From Sphagnum compactum (Eukaryota), in assembly GCA_965153455.1 (NCBI GenBank), contig OZ234494.1:6448001-6512000 (forward strand): a stretch of 64,000 bases of DNA, in the 5' to 3' direction. The position numbers were made by a program, and so were the translations under genes. Below are positions 1-9,836 of the stretch, one piece after another. A model generated the notes under the pieces. That model was not told where the DNA came from. It ran no database searches and saw only the letters and a list, made by a program, of their open reading frames with translations. Every line of letters begins with the position of its first letter. The first letter of the stretch is position 1.

Positions 1-149
1 ATGGAAAGCCAAATCAAATGCATAAAACCCTAATTCCATTTGAAAGAATGTAAAATTTAACATGAAGGAAAAACTAAATTAAGACAAACCAAAAAGGGAC
101 CAGGCTTCGCACTTTTGGGGTTGGATTATTAATCCATCCAAGCTAATTA

Positions 150-1900
150 AGAAGCAAAATAATCAAAAGAATGTAAAACAATGAAGGCAAAGACGATGAT
201 GTAAGTGTCGTTGGCCATGGAAGGGAATAAATAAAAAAGGAAAAGATTCATTAAACTATGTATGCTCAAATATGAACAAGGACCAAAAAAAAGGCCCATT
301 TAGCGAATTGTTCTCACACATGCTAGTGGATAACAATCAAGCCTCTTTGAAAAGATGATGACTAAAAAAAAACAGGAGATGTCAGGCATAAAAAGAACAA
401 ACAAAAAAAAGAGTTGTGACAATTGTCCATTCATCAAATGAAGTTTTTGGAAGATAACCATATGAAAAATTATGTTGAAAGCATTTGCAACATCTACTTA
501 CAACACCATGCACTCAAGGTAAATATTTAAGGTCGTTCGAATGTTGTGCACCATTATTTCACACCTTCCTTCAATTGCAACATCAAACTAATGAAAAGAC
601 AAATGAATCAAAAATGTATCATAAAAGGAAGAGCATGCTCACTAATCGAAACAACATTTCACCCATTGCCATTAGCCAAAAACTTTCAAAAGGTTTAGCC
701 AACATTATTAACCTTGTTGCATTAAGGGCCCAAATTATGTTCCCAAAGATATAACTTATAACAACATAAAAACACATTAAAATCAATTAGAGAAAATCGT
801 TGGTCAAATTTTCACAATCAAATGAATTTCAAAGGTGCTAAAAACCATGTTTAAAGACCCATTAATCAAAAGATGAAACAAGCGAATGAATGTAAACTTA
901 AAAAATTCAAGGTCGAATCCAAGTTTATATTCAGTTAAAATTTCATCAAAGATTTAAGCATGGTGAAAATAAATCTAGGAAGTGAGGAGTCGCCAATGCA
1001 ATAACAATTTCCAATAATGTCAAGGTGGGGCAAGAGAAACGAAGGCTTTAACAACACATCCATATTCTCTAACACACCCCAAAGCTAAACTTTGTTTTGA
1101 AACAATGAAAAGGGGCATGGAGAAGAAAAGGAAGGTGTTTGGAAAGAGGTGCCATCAAAAGGGAATTAGTTTGAAAGCAATGTCATAGCAAGGGTGTGTG
1201 TGTGATAAATGTTTAGCTTGAAACTCCTCCCAATTGCTTAAATTTTGTTATAAATGTATTATAGTTTTTCTATGGTCAACCACTCCCAAGGAGGAGACTT
1301 GTCACCACTATGAGAATAAGAAAAAAATGCCATGCAATTTGGGTTTTGGGCTAGGTGGTCCAATGGAAAATGGAAAATCAACTACACTTCTTGTTTCAAG
1401 GTAACATTGATGTGCAAAATATAAATGTGACCTAGGGAACCCAAGATGGAAAACATAAGGGGGTCAAGTTTTTAATATCTAAGCCCAAGTTGAACAAGGT
1501 TAGGAAGGGGCTTGAAGGGTAATTGAAGCAACCTCCTTGCCACCCAAAGGAAAGGCTTAAAATGCCTAGTAGTTCCTGTTTCAAAGCTTATGGATCTTGA
1601 CCAAGGTGTCATCAATTAACCCAATGCAACTCTAGAATTTTGGAAATTTTCTAACTTAAAGAGTCCTTTCTTAAATTGTGGGTGATTAGATTTCATTGGC
1701 CAATGCATTGTTGATGCAAGATGTAATAAACATTATGTAAGTGCGTACACTACTATTTACTTAGTTTCACATGAAGGTATCAAACATGGTTGTGTTGTTT
1801 TTCACGTACAAAATGAACCTTAAAAGGCATTGTGTAGGGTTCAACTTTGATGGAGGTTCAATAAGAATATGAACTTCAACTATAAATCTTGCATTGCTCA
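150..1900 (-). mobile_element. Heavily decayed non-LTR retrotransposon, reverse transcriptase remnant, CRE/SLACS-like
   Basis: Minus-strand translation, broken by stops and frameshifts, gives RT motifs in the right order: AMGEMLFRLVS (~638-672, cf. RPIAVGEVLRRL), HQFDVAIEGRCEIMVH (~545-590, cf. QFGVGxxGGCExxVH), DVANAFN (474-494) and PSMANDTYII (~195-225, degenerate YxDD). Outer boundaries are approximate. Confidence 0.6.
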
Positions 1901-2274
1901 TGATTGTGAAGACCACAAGTGATGCCAAATTTTCAATAATGTTGGAGTTGATTGCATTTTTTGTAATGCATTTTGAACATTAACCTTAAAATTCGCAAAG
2001 CGAACAACACCTTTTCCTATTTCATCAAAATTGAAAAACTCAAGAGGCTTGATGGTAGTTATTGCAAAATTAAAACAATTGTTGTTTTTCATCTCTATCT
2101 TTTCAAACAACTCTTCATCAAAATTCGAAGATAAACTAAAACTCTTACTTGAAAAAGAAGAATGTGAGGAAACCATTTTTGAAAATGAGAAATACAAACT
2201 TTAGAAGTGGAGACTTCTTTTAGTAACTTCCCACACATGCCAAAAAAATTTCGAAACCGTTTTTGAACCCACTT

Positions 2275-2530
2275 TCCCACCTAAAGTTTTTGTCGATTTC
2301 TCACATGCCATAAACTTACCATAACAACACAATGCGCACGTACCCACCTAAAATATTCGTTAACTTCTCACGTGCAAATAAACTTACCATAACACAGCCT
2401 ATTCACCCACCAAAAATCTTTATTAATTTCTCACATGTCAAGAACTTATCATAACAAATGATTTACCCACCTAAAATCTTTGTTGATTTCCCATGGGCCA
2501 AAAATTACCAAAACAACCCATTTTCCCACC
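2275..2530. repeat. Degenerate ~60-bp tandem repeat, about 4 copies
   Basis: Recurring unit CCCACCTAAAATnTTnGTTGATTTCTCACATGnCAnAAACTTACCATAACA. Confidence 0.65.
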
Positions 2531-3295
2531 TAAACTCATATAACTATACCACAAACACAACCCAACAACCTTTGAACCCAATAGCCAATTTTTTTATAAA
2601 AAAATTAACCCCAAAACTTAAAGCTTACATACAAAATAACACTTTCTAAACAACCCTATGACTTAAAGTTGAGAAAATTAACTAAAAGTAAACACCGAAA
2701 CACAATTCACCAAAAAATTAAAAGAAAATTTTAAAACCCAAACACTAAACAAATAAAACAACCAAAAAACATACCCCTAAAACCTAATCCCCAAAAACAA
2801 CTAACAAAGAAACCCTTAAAACCCAAACCTTACAAAAGCAACTAAAACACAACCCCCAAAATCCAAACCCTAAAAACAAACTAAAAACAAAAGAGCCTTA
2901 TAACCCAAACCCTGAAAAGAAAAAATCTTAAAATCCAAACCTTAAAATATAAACAAAAAACTAACCCCTTGCACCCAAACCCTAAAAAACACAATTGAAA
3001 AGCAACCCCTAAAATCAAAACCTAAACATCAATAATTAAAAACTAATTTCTAAACCCAAACCCTAAAAACAAAGTACTAACAAGTGCCTCCAAAAAGTCA
3101 AACATATACCCATACAACTTTTATACACTCGTCTAATATATATAATATCCTTGGTTTTGTCCTCTTGCGGTGGTGTCTGGTCGTCCTTTCCATCCATCCG
3201 TCCCGTCTTCCATCCATCTAAGTTCTTCATCCCGGAAGAAGAAGATGATGGAAGAGGAGGAGGACGAATGGCAGCAACATGCAGCTCTGCATGGT

Positions 3296-3541
3296 TGTCC
3301 TCTTGCGGTGGTGTCCGGCCGTCCCGTCTTCCTCCATTGTTGTGGAAAGTGGGGGATGCCAGGAAGAAGAAGAAGACTGTCCTCTTGCGGTGGTGTCCGG
3401 CCGTCCCGTCTTCCTCCATTGTTGTGGAAAGTGGGGGATGCCAGGAAGAAGAAGAAGATTGTCCTCTTGCGGTGGTGTCCGGCCGTCCCGTCTTCCTCCA
3501 TTGTTGTGGAAAGTGGGGGATGCCAGGAAGAAGAAGAAGAC
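3296..3541 (+). repeat. 82-bp tandem repeat, 3 copies, inside the Helitron 5' region
   Basis: Near-identical units start at 3296, 3378 and 3460 (TGTCCTCTTGCGGTGGTGTCCGGCCGTCCCGTCTTCC...GAAGAAGAAGA). The start of the unit copies the element's own subterminal sequence at ~3158-3177. Confidence 0.9.
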
Positions 3542-3597
3542 AAAGAAAAACAAGAAGAAGAAGAAGATGGATTGATGTGGGTTTTGGTTTTGTGCAG

Positions 3598-3750
3598 TCC
3601 GGGGGAGGGACTGGAGGGACTGAAAGCATTGGAACAGGGTGGGAACGTGGACGAATCGCCAGTGGAACAAGTGAGACGAACGGTTCCCAATACGGATGAT
3701 CCGAGTCTGCCGGTATGAACATTCCGGATGTGGACAATAGGCTTGCTATT
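3598..3750 (+). pseudogene. Captured fragment of an oligopeptide transporter (OPT family) N-terminal exon with a nonsense codon
   Basis: After the TTTTGTGCAG acceptor (3597) it translates ...[32 protein letters not shown], matching the plant OPT motif SPxExVxLTVxxTDDPxLPVWTFRMW. The conserved Trp codon is TGA (3716-3718). Confidence 0.85.
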
Positions 3751-4012
3751 CTTGCTTGGAATTCCTGGAAAATGCCATTAGAGAACTTGGAAATTCTTTC
3801 TCAACATGCTTTGCGTGTACTTTATGAAAGGTTTGAAGTTCTGAGGCTTTTGTCAGGATTTCAGTGTGAGGATTTTCCAGTGTTTCCAAACAACTTCATC
3901 ACAAAGGTGGGTCATTTCATAATCATTTTTTTAAAAAAATTTAAAGAAAATTTCAATTCGAGTTTTTTGTTAACAAAATTTCAAAGTTTTTTTTCCTCTG
4001 GCAAAATTGGTT

Positions 4013-4393
4013 TTCAGAATCATATATAATTGGTGGGAACCAACTATGGTGGCATGGTGACATTCCGGATGGCAGAGATGTATCCAAATTTTGTGAAGAA
4101 AGTGGTGATTTCCAGCTCAGGGGTGGGTTTTGTGTCGACTAGCTTGGACGAGCTTCTTGCCAGGAGCAATCTGTCCAGCATATCGGAGCTCATGTTGCCA
4201 TTTTCAGTCAAGGGAAAGAAGGTATTCCTTGCGAATGTGACATACAAAGCAATGTGGCTCCTGAATTTCATTCTTCACGATATGCTCCAAGTGAGTTTAA
4301 CTCATTATCATCCATTATCACAAACCTGAAAAATCCAATTGAGAATGTTTCAAGACTTTGAACTTTCCTGGAGTCATCATCATCATGTACATC
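4013..4393 (+). pseudogene. Captured copy of the 3' part of exon 1 plus the start of intron 1 of the alpha/beta-hydrolase at 35421-37254
   Basis: Aligns by eye to ~35845-36238. I counted about 13 substitutions in 4028-4329 versus 35860-36161 (~96% identity). The nucleophile motif GTSYGG has become GTNYGG. The donor CAA|GTGAGT is retained at 4290/4291. Confidence 0.95.
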
Positions 4394-4609
4394 AGGATTT
4401 TCTTATTTTCATTTTTTTAATCCTAAAAAAACAAAATACCACTCCTATATGAGAATTTGGGTGAAAAAGAAGAATCCACAATGAGAGGATGTGGAGACAA
4501 ACTTGGAAGCTATTTTAAACCCTAAAAGTTTCAGTGAAATTGAAAACAAGAGTGCTGAGAGAGGACCACTCCAGCCGAAAAGGCTCACCCTGCTCCTGTG
4601 AGAATTATG

Positions 4610-5710
4610 ACTTAAGGTTAATTATTTTTAAAATAATTTAACCTATAGTTAAAAATATATGTCAATACTTTGGTTTAGGATTAAAATATTTTTAATGTTT
4701 AAGCCTAAGGTTGGAATTCTTTTAATAGTTAAGCTTAAGGTTGGAAGGTTTTTAATATTTTGGCTTAAGTTTAAAATCTTTTTAGGCCTAAAGATAAATC
4801 TATTTGGGCCTAAAGGTTAAAATCTATTTAGCCCTAAGGATTAGAATCTTTTTATTATTTTGACTTAGGATTTTTAAAAATTGCCATTTTGGCTTGGGTT
4901 AGAATCTTTTTATTGTTTTGACTTAAGATTAACAAAAATTTAGCACTGAGGCTTACAATTAGGTTTTAAATTGGGCATTCTAAAAAATTCCTGAAAAACA
5001 TTTCTCAAAATGCTTGAAAAATATTCATTAGTTTGAGAATCTTTATTCTGCCCAATATATTTTGGGTAGATTATATAGGTTGATTTTTTTTCATTTTTGC
5101 TGAAGAATTTGGGAAATCAACAAATCCTATGCTCGGAAATATTCATGAGATTTTTTTTCTAAGATGCTTGAAAAAATTTCAGGCAATTTTGGAAATTTTA
5201 GCTTGCTTTGGAAAGTTATAAATGCTGATTTTTATCATTTCTGCCCAAAATATATTGGGCATTGGACGCTTGAAATTTATTGGCATTTTGGGAATTCTCA
5301 TTTTGCTCAATAATAACCGGCACCTTATAAATGTTGAAGATAGTTTTCATTTATGCCCAAATTTTTGGGGCATTCTGAAAATGTTCTCATGCTTTAGAAA
5401 TTTTGGGCAGTTTGAGATTTTTTTTTGTCCAGTAAGTTCGAGCAGATTATGAAGGTGAAAAAACTTTTTTTTGTCACTGCCCACCATCCCGGGTGCTCTT
5501 CTCACATAAAAGTTAATATGTTGGGTAGACCAACATTAGGACAAATGTCTTAGCACCCTTAAGACAAATGTTTCACACCCCTAGGACAAATGTCTTGCTC
5601 TCTTAAGCCAAATGTCATCCATTCTCAGAACAAATGTCCCATGCCTTTAAGGTAAATGTCCTACACCCTTAAGACAATTGTCCTATGCCCTTAAAACAAT
5701 GACCTTGGGT
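4610..5710. repeat. AT-rich degenerate minisatellite block inside Helitron 1 (~31-bp and ~22-bp units)
   Basis: TTTGGCTTAGGATTAGAATCTTTT-like units at 4610-4960 and CCCTTAAGACAAATGTC units at ~5535-5700. Confidence 0.6.
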
Positions 5711-6111
5711 CAAATTGTAATAGCCCCAAGCCATTGGACCAAGAATTTTTGTGTATTTGATAAAAATACACATTTAAAATAATAATAATACACGTATATT
5801 GGCTTATTCTTAGACCTCATGTCAAGAAAGTTTACCCCAAGACAAAACTAAATTTTGCATATGCATATTGGCTCAAGGTTGGAATATATTTAGAGAATGT
5901 GGCTCAAAGTTAAAATCTTTTTTGGACACTTTGGCCTAGGATTAGAATTTTTTGAGCACTTTGGCCTATGGTTGAAACATTTTTTAACAATTTGGCTTGA
6001 GGTTGGAGTCATGTACCAGTATGGCCCTTTTGATATTCTGCACACAGCCAAGGAAGGGCACATATTTCAAGAATGCCCTTGCGACCAGGGCATTAACTTA
6101 GGCATTAACTG

Positions 6112-6278
6112 TGCAGACACTTAGGTACAAGCAGAGCAAAGTTGGTTGTGATGAAGAATTGTGGGCACATACCTCAAATTGAGAATCCCAAGGAATATAA
6201 CCACATCATCCTCAATTTCCTGAAAACCTACCCCTAGAACTCAACCAAGGATTGATTGATATTGATCAATCTTTTAAG
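6112..6278 (+). pseudogene. Captured copy of the last exon and 3' UTR start of the alpha/beta-hydrolase
   Basis: Matches 37111-37277 (TGCAG|ACACTTAGGTACAAGCAGAGC...GATTGATTGATATTGATCAnTCTTTTAAG). A CAG>TAG change gives a premature stop near 6235. Confidence 0.95.
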
Positions 6279-6344
6279 AGGATTATGATTTTTGGAGTTC
6301 CGGCTTCTGGAAAGGGGACGCAATGTGAGCTCATTGCAGCCAAG
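6279..6344 (+). pseudogene. Captured adenylate kinase P-loop exon fragment, copy 1
   Basis: Translates RIMIFGVPASGKGTQCELIAAK, the N-terminal P-loop of plastid-type adenylate kinases (IMISGAPASGKGTQCELI). Followed by AAG|GT and intron-like sequence. Confidence 0.85.
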
Positions 6345-6542
6345 GTGCATTGAAGAAATTTCCTGAATTGCAAATTGGAAAGCACTTCTGATGGAAGGAA
6401 TATTGTTGTAAATTTAGCCAGTTTTGACACTGTTTCTTCGTTGTTGTCTAAGCAGAATTTCAAATCGCTGCTACTGTTGCAACATCATAATATTTCGACT
6501 TATTGGTTTTTCTTTTTTTTTCCTCTGGCAAAATTAGTTTAG

Positions 6543-6631
6543 GCCTCGGCAGGAATGGAGGCCCTGAGGATTATGATTTCTGGAGTTCCGGCATCTGGAA
6601 AGGGGACGCAATGTGAGCTCATTGCAACCAA
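6543..6631 (+). pseudogene. Captured adenylate kinase P-loop exon fragment, copy 2
   Basis: After TTTAG (6542) it translates ASAGMEALRIMISGVPASGKGTQCELIAT, and is near-identical to copy 1 over ~65 nt. Confidence 0.85.
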
Positions 6632-6697
6632 CTTTGCTTTCAACAGACCTCTTCACCTATCTCCCCCCCCTTCAACACAACAACTCTCATTAAATCG

Positions 6698-7332
6698 ATG
6701 AACGAAGAAGAAGAGGAGGCCCTTTTGGAGGACCCACGCATCCGCCGGAATCGTCTTGCTCGGGAGAGGCACGCTGCTCGATCTGAGGAGCAACGTGCGG
6801 CAGATGCCAACCGGCGAGCAACTCACAGAGCTACGCGTAGTGATGCGCAAATTGTTGCGGATGCCAACTGGTGGGCAACTCAGAGAGCTATGCGTAGCGA
6901 TGCGTAGATTGCAGCGGATGCCAGCTAGCGAGCAGCTCAGAGAGCTGCGCGCAACGATGCCCAGATTACGACGGATGCCAACCGACGGGCAGTTCAGAGA
7001 ACTACACGCAACGATGTGCAGAATGCAGCGAATGCCAGCTGGCGGGTAGTTAAAAAAACTACGCGCAACGATGCGCAAATTGTTTTGGAAAATGTTGTGT
7101 GTGTTAACGCCCGGACACTTTTGCATTCTGATAGGCAACAAGAAATGCATAACGCGGATCCTCAGGCTCACCAGGGCCAGCGTGAGTAATTGTCGGAAGA
7201 GCGTCGCTAAGAAATTCGAAACGTTGACCGTCAAGCACGCAGTGCCCAGCGTGAACTGGATCGCGCAAACCAAGGTGGGAATCAAATGATACCTTTGGCG
7301 CGCCATGAATTTGATGGCAGCCATCGTGGTCT
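6698..7332 (+). pseudogene. Decayed coiled-coil repeat ORF resembling the N-terminus of a Helitron Rep/helicase protein
   Basis: MNEEEEEALLEDPRIRRNRLARERHAARSEEQRAADANRRA... followed by five 57-bp (19-aa) repeats starting at 6803, 6860, 6917, 6974 and 7031, with in-frame stops. The RepHel identity is inferred from context and repeat style; no Rep or helicase motif is present. Confidence 0.5.
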
Positions 7333-7696
7333 TGGGGGTTAGGGTTAGCACGCCCTTCATAAACGCTTTTCAAAAGAAGAAAGCTTGGAATCTGCCCAAA
7401 TCCTCCACAAATCTCAGCGATTTCAAAACCTGTTTTTTTTCTCCTCAAAATGTGGCGATTTCAAAACTCTTTTTTTTCCCCTCCTGGAAATGTGGCGATT
7501 TAGTTATTTTTTGGAAATTTTCCAAAATGCTTGCTTCACCATGTATGTTTTCATGGGGGACTTTTCAACGGATTTTCGTCACAAAAAATAAATAAAAAAT
7601 AAATAAAATTAGCTGCTTTGCGCCTTTGTGTGTGTCTTTCTTGGTTTAAAGAAATCGGGGCACTTCACAGTGTCTGAAGGTCACGGGTACCCACTA

Positions 7697-8440
7697 TCTA
7701 CTTATATAATATTTTAGGTTTTGTCCTGTTGTGGTTGGCGGTCGTCCTTTCCATCCATCCGTCCCGTCGTCCATCCCGTCATCCATCCGTCCCTCCATCC
7801 ATCCAAGGCAAAGAGGGGGGGGAGGGCGCGGGCCCTTCTTAAATTGCAAAACTCCACTGTTTCAGGGAATTGCCCATTCTGCCCTATTTATAGCACAATA
7901 GGTATCCATCCTCTTATGAAGGGGTATTGGCCCATAATAAAAATTTCAGGCAGGCACTGAGGAAGGCTCGGTATGCAATCAGTGCAGCCAATTTTTTCTT
8001 TTTTGGGGTTTTGGGGAGAGGGGGAAAGGGAGAAATTTTTTCTTTTTTCTATTGGGGGTGAGGGTCCCGTCATCCATCCATGGAATGGAGGAGACAATCA
8101 TGTGGCAATTTATCTCATAGTAAGGAGGTAGTTGCCAGGAGGGACCGACCCCAGGTCGTCCCTAGCAGTGTTGTTTTTTATTTTATTTTTCTAAGATTTT
8201 TTGTTTGTAGCCACAGTGACCTTCCTCAAGAAGATTGTGCCAAAACTGGCTATAAAGCCGGGTATGAAGTAAACAACTGTAATCATGCTTCTATATCTTT
8301 GACTACATAGTACACACTCAAAACCAACCAAATATATTTGATAATTTTGTCTTTTTTTGCTCCCCCCCCCCCCCCCCCCCGCCCCCCCCACTCACTTTTG
8401 GGGGACTTCACAGTGTCCGAAGGTCACGGGTACCCACTAG
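7697..8440 (+). mobile_element. Short non-autonomous Helitron-like element 2 (744 bp), same family as element 1
   Basis: Starts A|TCTACTTATATAATA and ends CAGTGTCCGAAGGTCACGGGTACCCACTAG|T. This gives a 5' TC, a subterminal hairpin, a 3' CTAG and A|T flanks with no TSD. Confidence 0.85.
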
Positions 8441-9836
8441 TAATCCCATAATACAACTAGGGTATCACTGAGGTTTGCTTTTAAATTCAAAATTAAGTTT
8501 AATCCATAATATTAACCCTTAGGTTGAGTCTTTTGTCTTCAATTGGGGTGACTTTGATGATATAAAAAAAGCAAGGATAAAGTTTCAAATTTCAATTCCC
8601 AATTTGGGTGACTTTAAAGATACCCAAAAAATGGGGATGAAACAAAACTTAAATAATTAAATTGGGGACAGACTAGGGACTGCTTTGAAGGTGACTTTAA
8701 TACTCCAATTTTGTTTGTTTTGAAAATTGATACTGAGGCAATTGTCAACACTGGCCTGGTATTAAAAACACTCTTTACCATTACTATTATTATTTTCAAA
8801 TGTGATTAAAAATCATGAATTGACAATAACCAAGTGTATCTGGATATTTTGCAACCATCAAAACAAGTATAGATTAAAGAACACAATAGAGTAAATACCA
8901 AAAGAATTGCACAAAAAAGGACATATTACTGGTGTGGAAATCCCCAAAATAATAGAGTTATTTGTGAAGTCGGGGGTGTCTTTCACCCTGCCTTTGAGCC
9001 TCCTTCCTTCTTCCACCCCTATCGTCTCCTTCAGTGGTATCCGCAAAGTAAGGAGATTTTATTAAATCTGAGTATGAAATTGTTGAAACTCAGCATTTGC
9101 CACACAAGATTCGAGAGTATTTATAGTAGTTGTACAGGTGGCAGCAGTGAAAATATATGTAGCAGCAGTGGAGGCGCTCAAGAAAAAGGAAAGACAGTAT
9201 GAAACTGAGTCTACCCTTCCCCTTGAAGGCAGATTCACAACCTCACAATCCCACAACCCTCATCACAATCCAATTGCCATAAGACCGATCACATATACAA
9301 CCACCAATTTCCAAAGTACAATGATCATTGTGTTTTATCCAATTTTGCAATGCAATCAACTTGTGATAAAAGAGTGCACAATTTCCAAGCCAAAAGGTGC
9401 CACAAATTTTTAAAAATCCAATGCAACCAGTGAGTGTACAGGGTCTTTCACCTTTTGCACAAACAAAATCCAAGACTTAATTGTTCTTTGAAGGTGCCAG
9501 GTTAGCACCATCAGAGCCTGCTCAAAAAAAGAATGAAAAACATAATCACTTCCCTCTTTGTCCAGTAAAACAGATAGGGCACTTATCACAAGTGGAACCA
9601 CCCATTTAGACCAGTACTCATGCAGAATTTATTATACGGGAATAGAACCAGTTTCATCACAATTGAGTACACTACATCTTCCGACAGAAGGCCAACAGTA
9701 TCCTCTTCAGTTCACACCTAGCCCTGTCCTTCTGCTGTGAGCTCCGAGCTGATTCCAAGTCAGTCAAGCCAGTGAAAAATTGAAAAATTGCCTACCTTGC
9801 TCAACAGACTGTCATGCCTTTCCAGCTCACCCATTT

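Larger units (their letters stand above)
3132..7696 (+). mobile_element. Non-autonomous Helitron-like element 1 (~4.6 kb) carrying captured gene fragments
   Basis: The 5' end TCTAATATATATAATA...GGTTTTGTCCT...GGTCGTCCTTTCCATCCATCCGTCCCGTC is shared with element 2 at 7697. The 3' end CACTTCACAGTGTCTGAAGGTCACGGGTACCCACTA (imperfect hairpin, then CTA) is shared with the CTAG|T end at 8440. No TIRs or TSD. The interior is a patchwork of host exon fragments and a RepHel-like repeat ORF. Confidence 0.8.

Noticed and set aside
3063-3737. Six overlapping ORFs of 98-224 aa on both strands
   Set aside because: They are artefacts of the GC-rich 82-bp tandem repeat and GAA runs. Only the OPT fragment at the 3' end is protein-derived.
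4030-4329. A 99-aa ORF as a functional second hydrolase gene
   Set aside because: It lacks the N-terminal part of exon 1 and exons 2-3, the catalytic Ser is mutated, the last-exon copy has a stop, and it lies inside a Helitron.
6653-7448. Minus-strand 235-aa and 114-aa ORFs
   Set aside because: They are antisense shadows of the 57-bp repeat ORF on the + strand.
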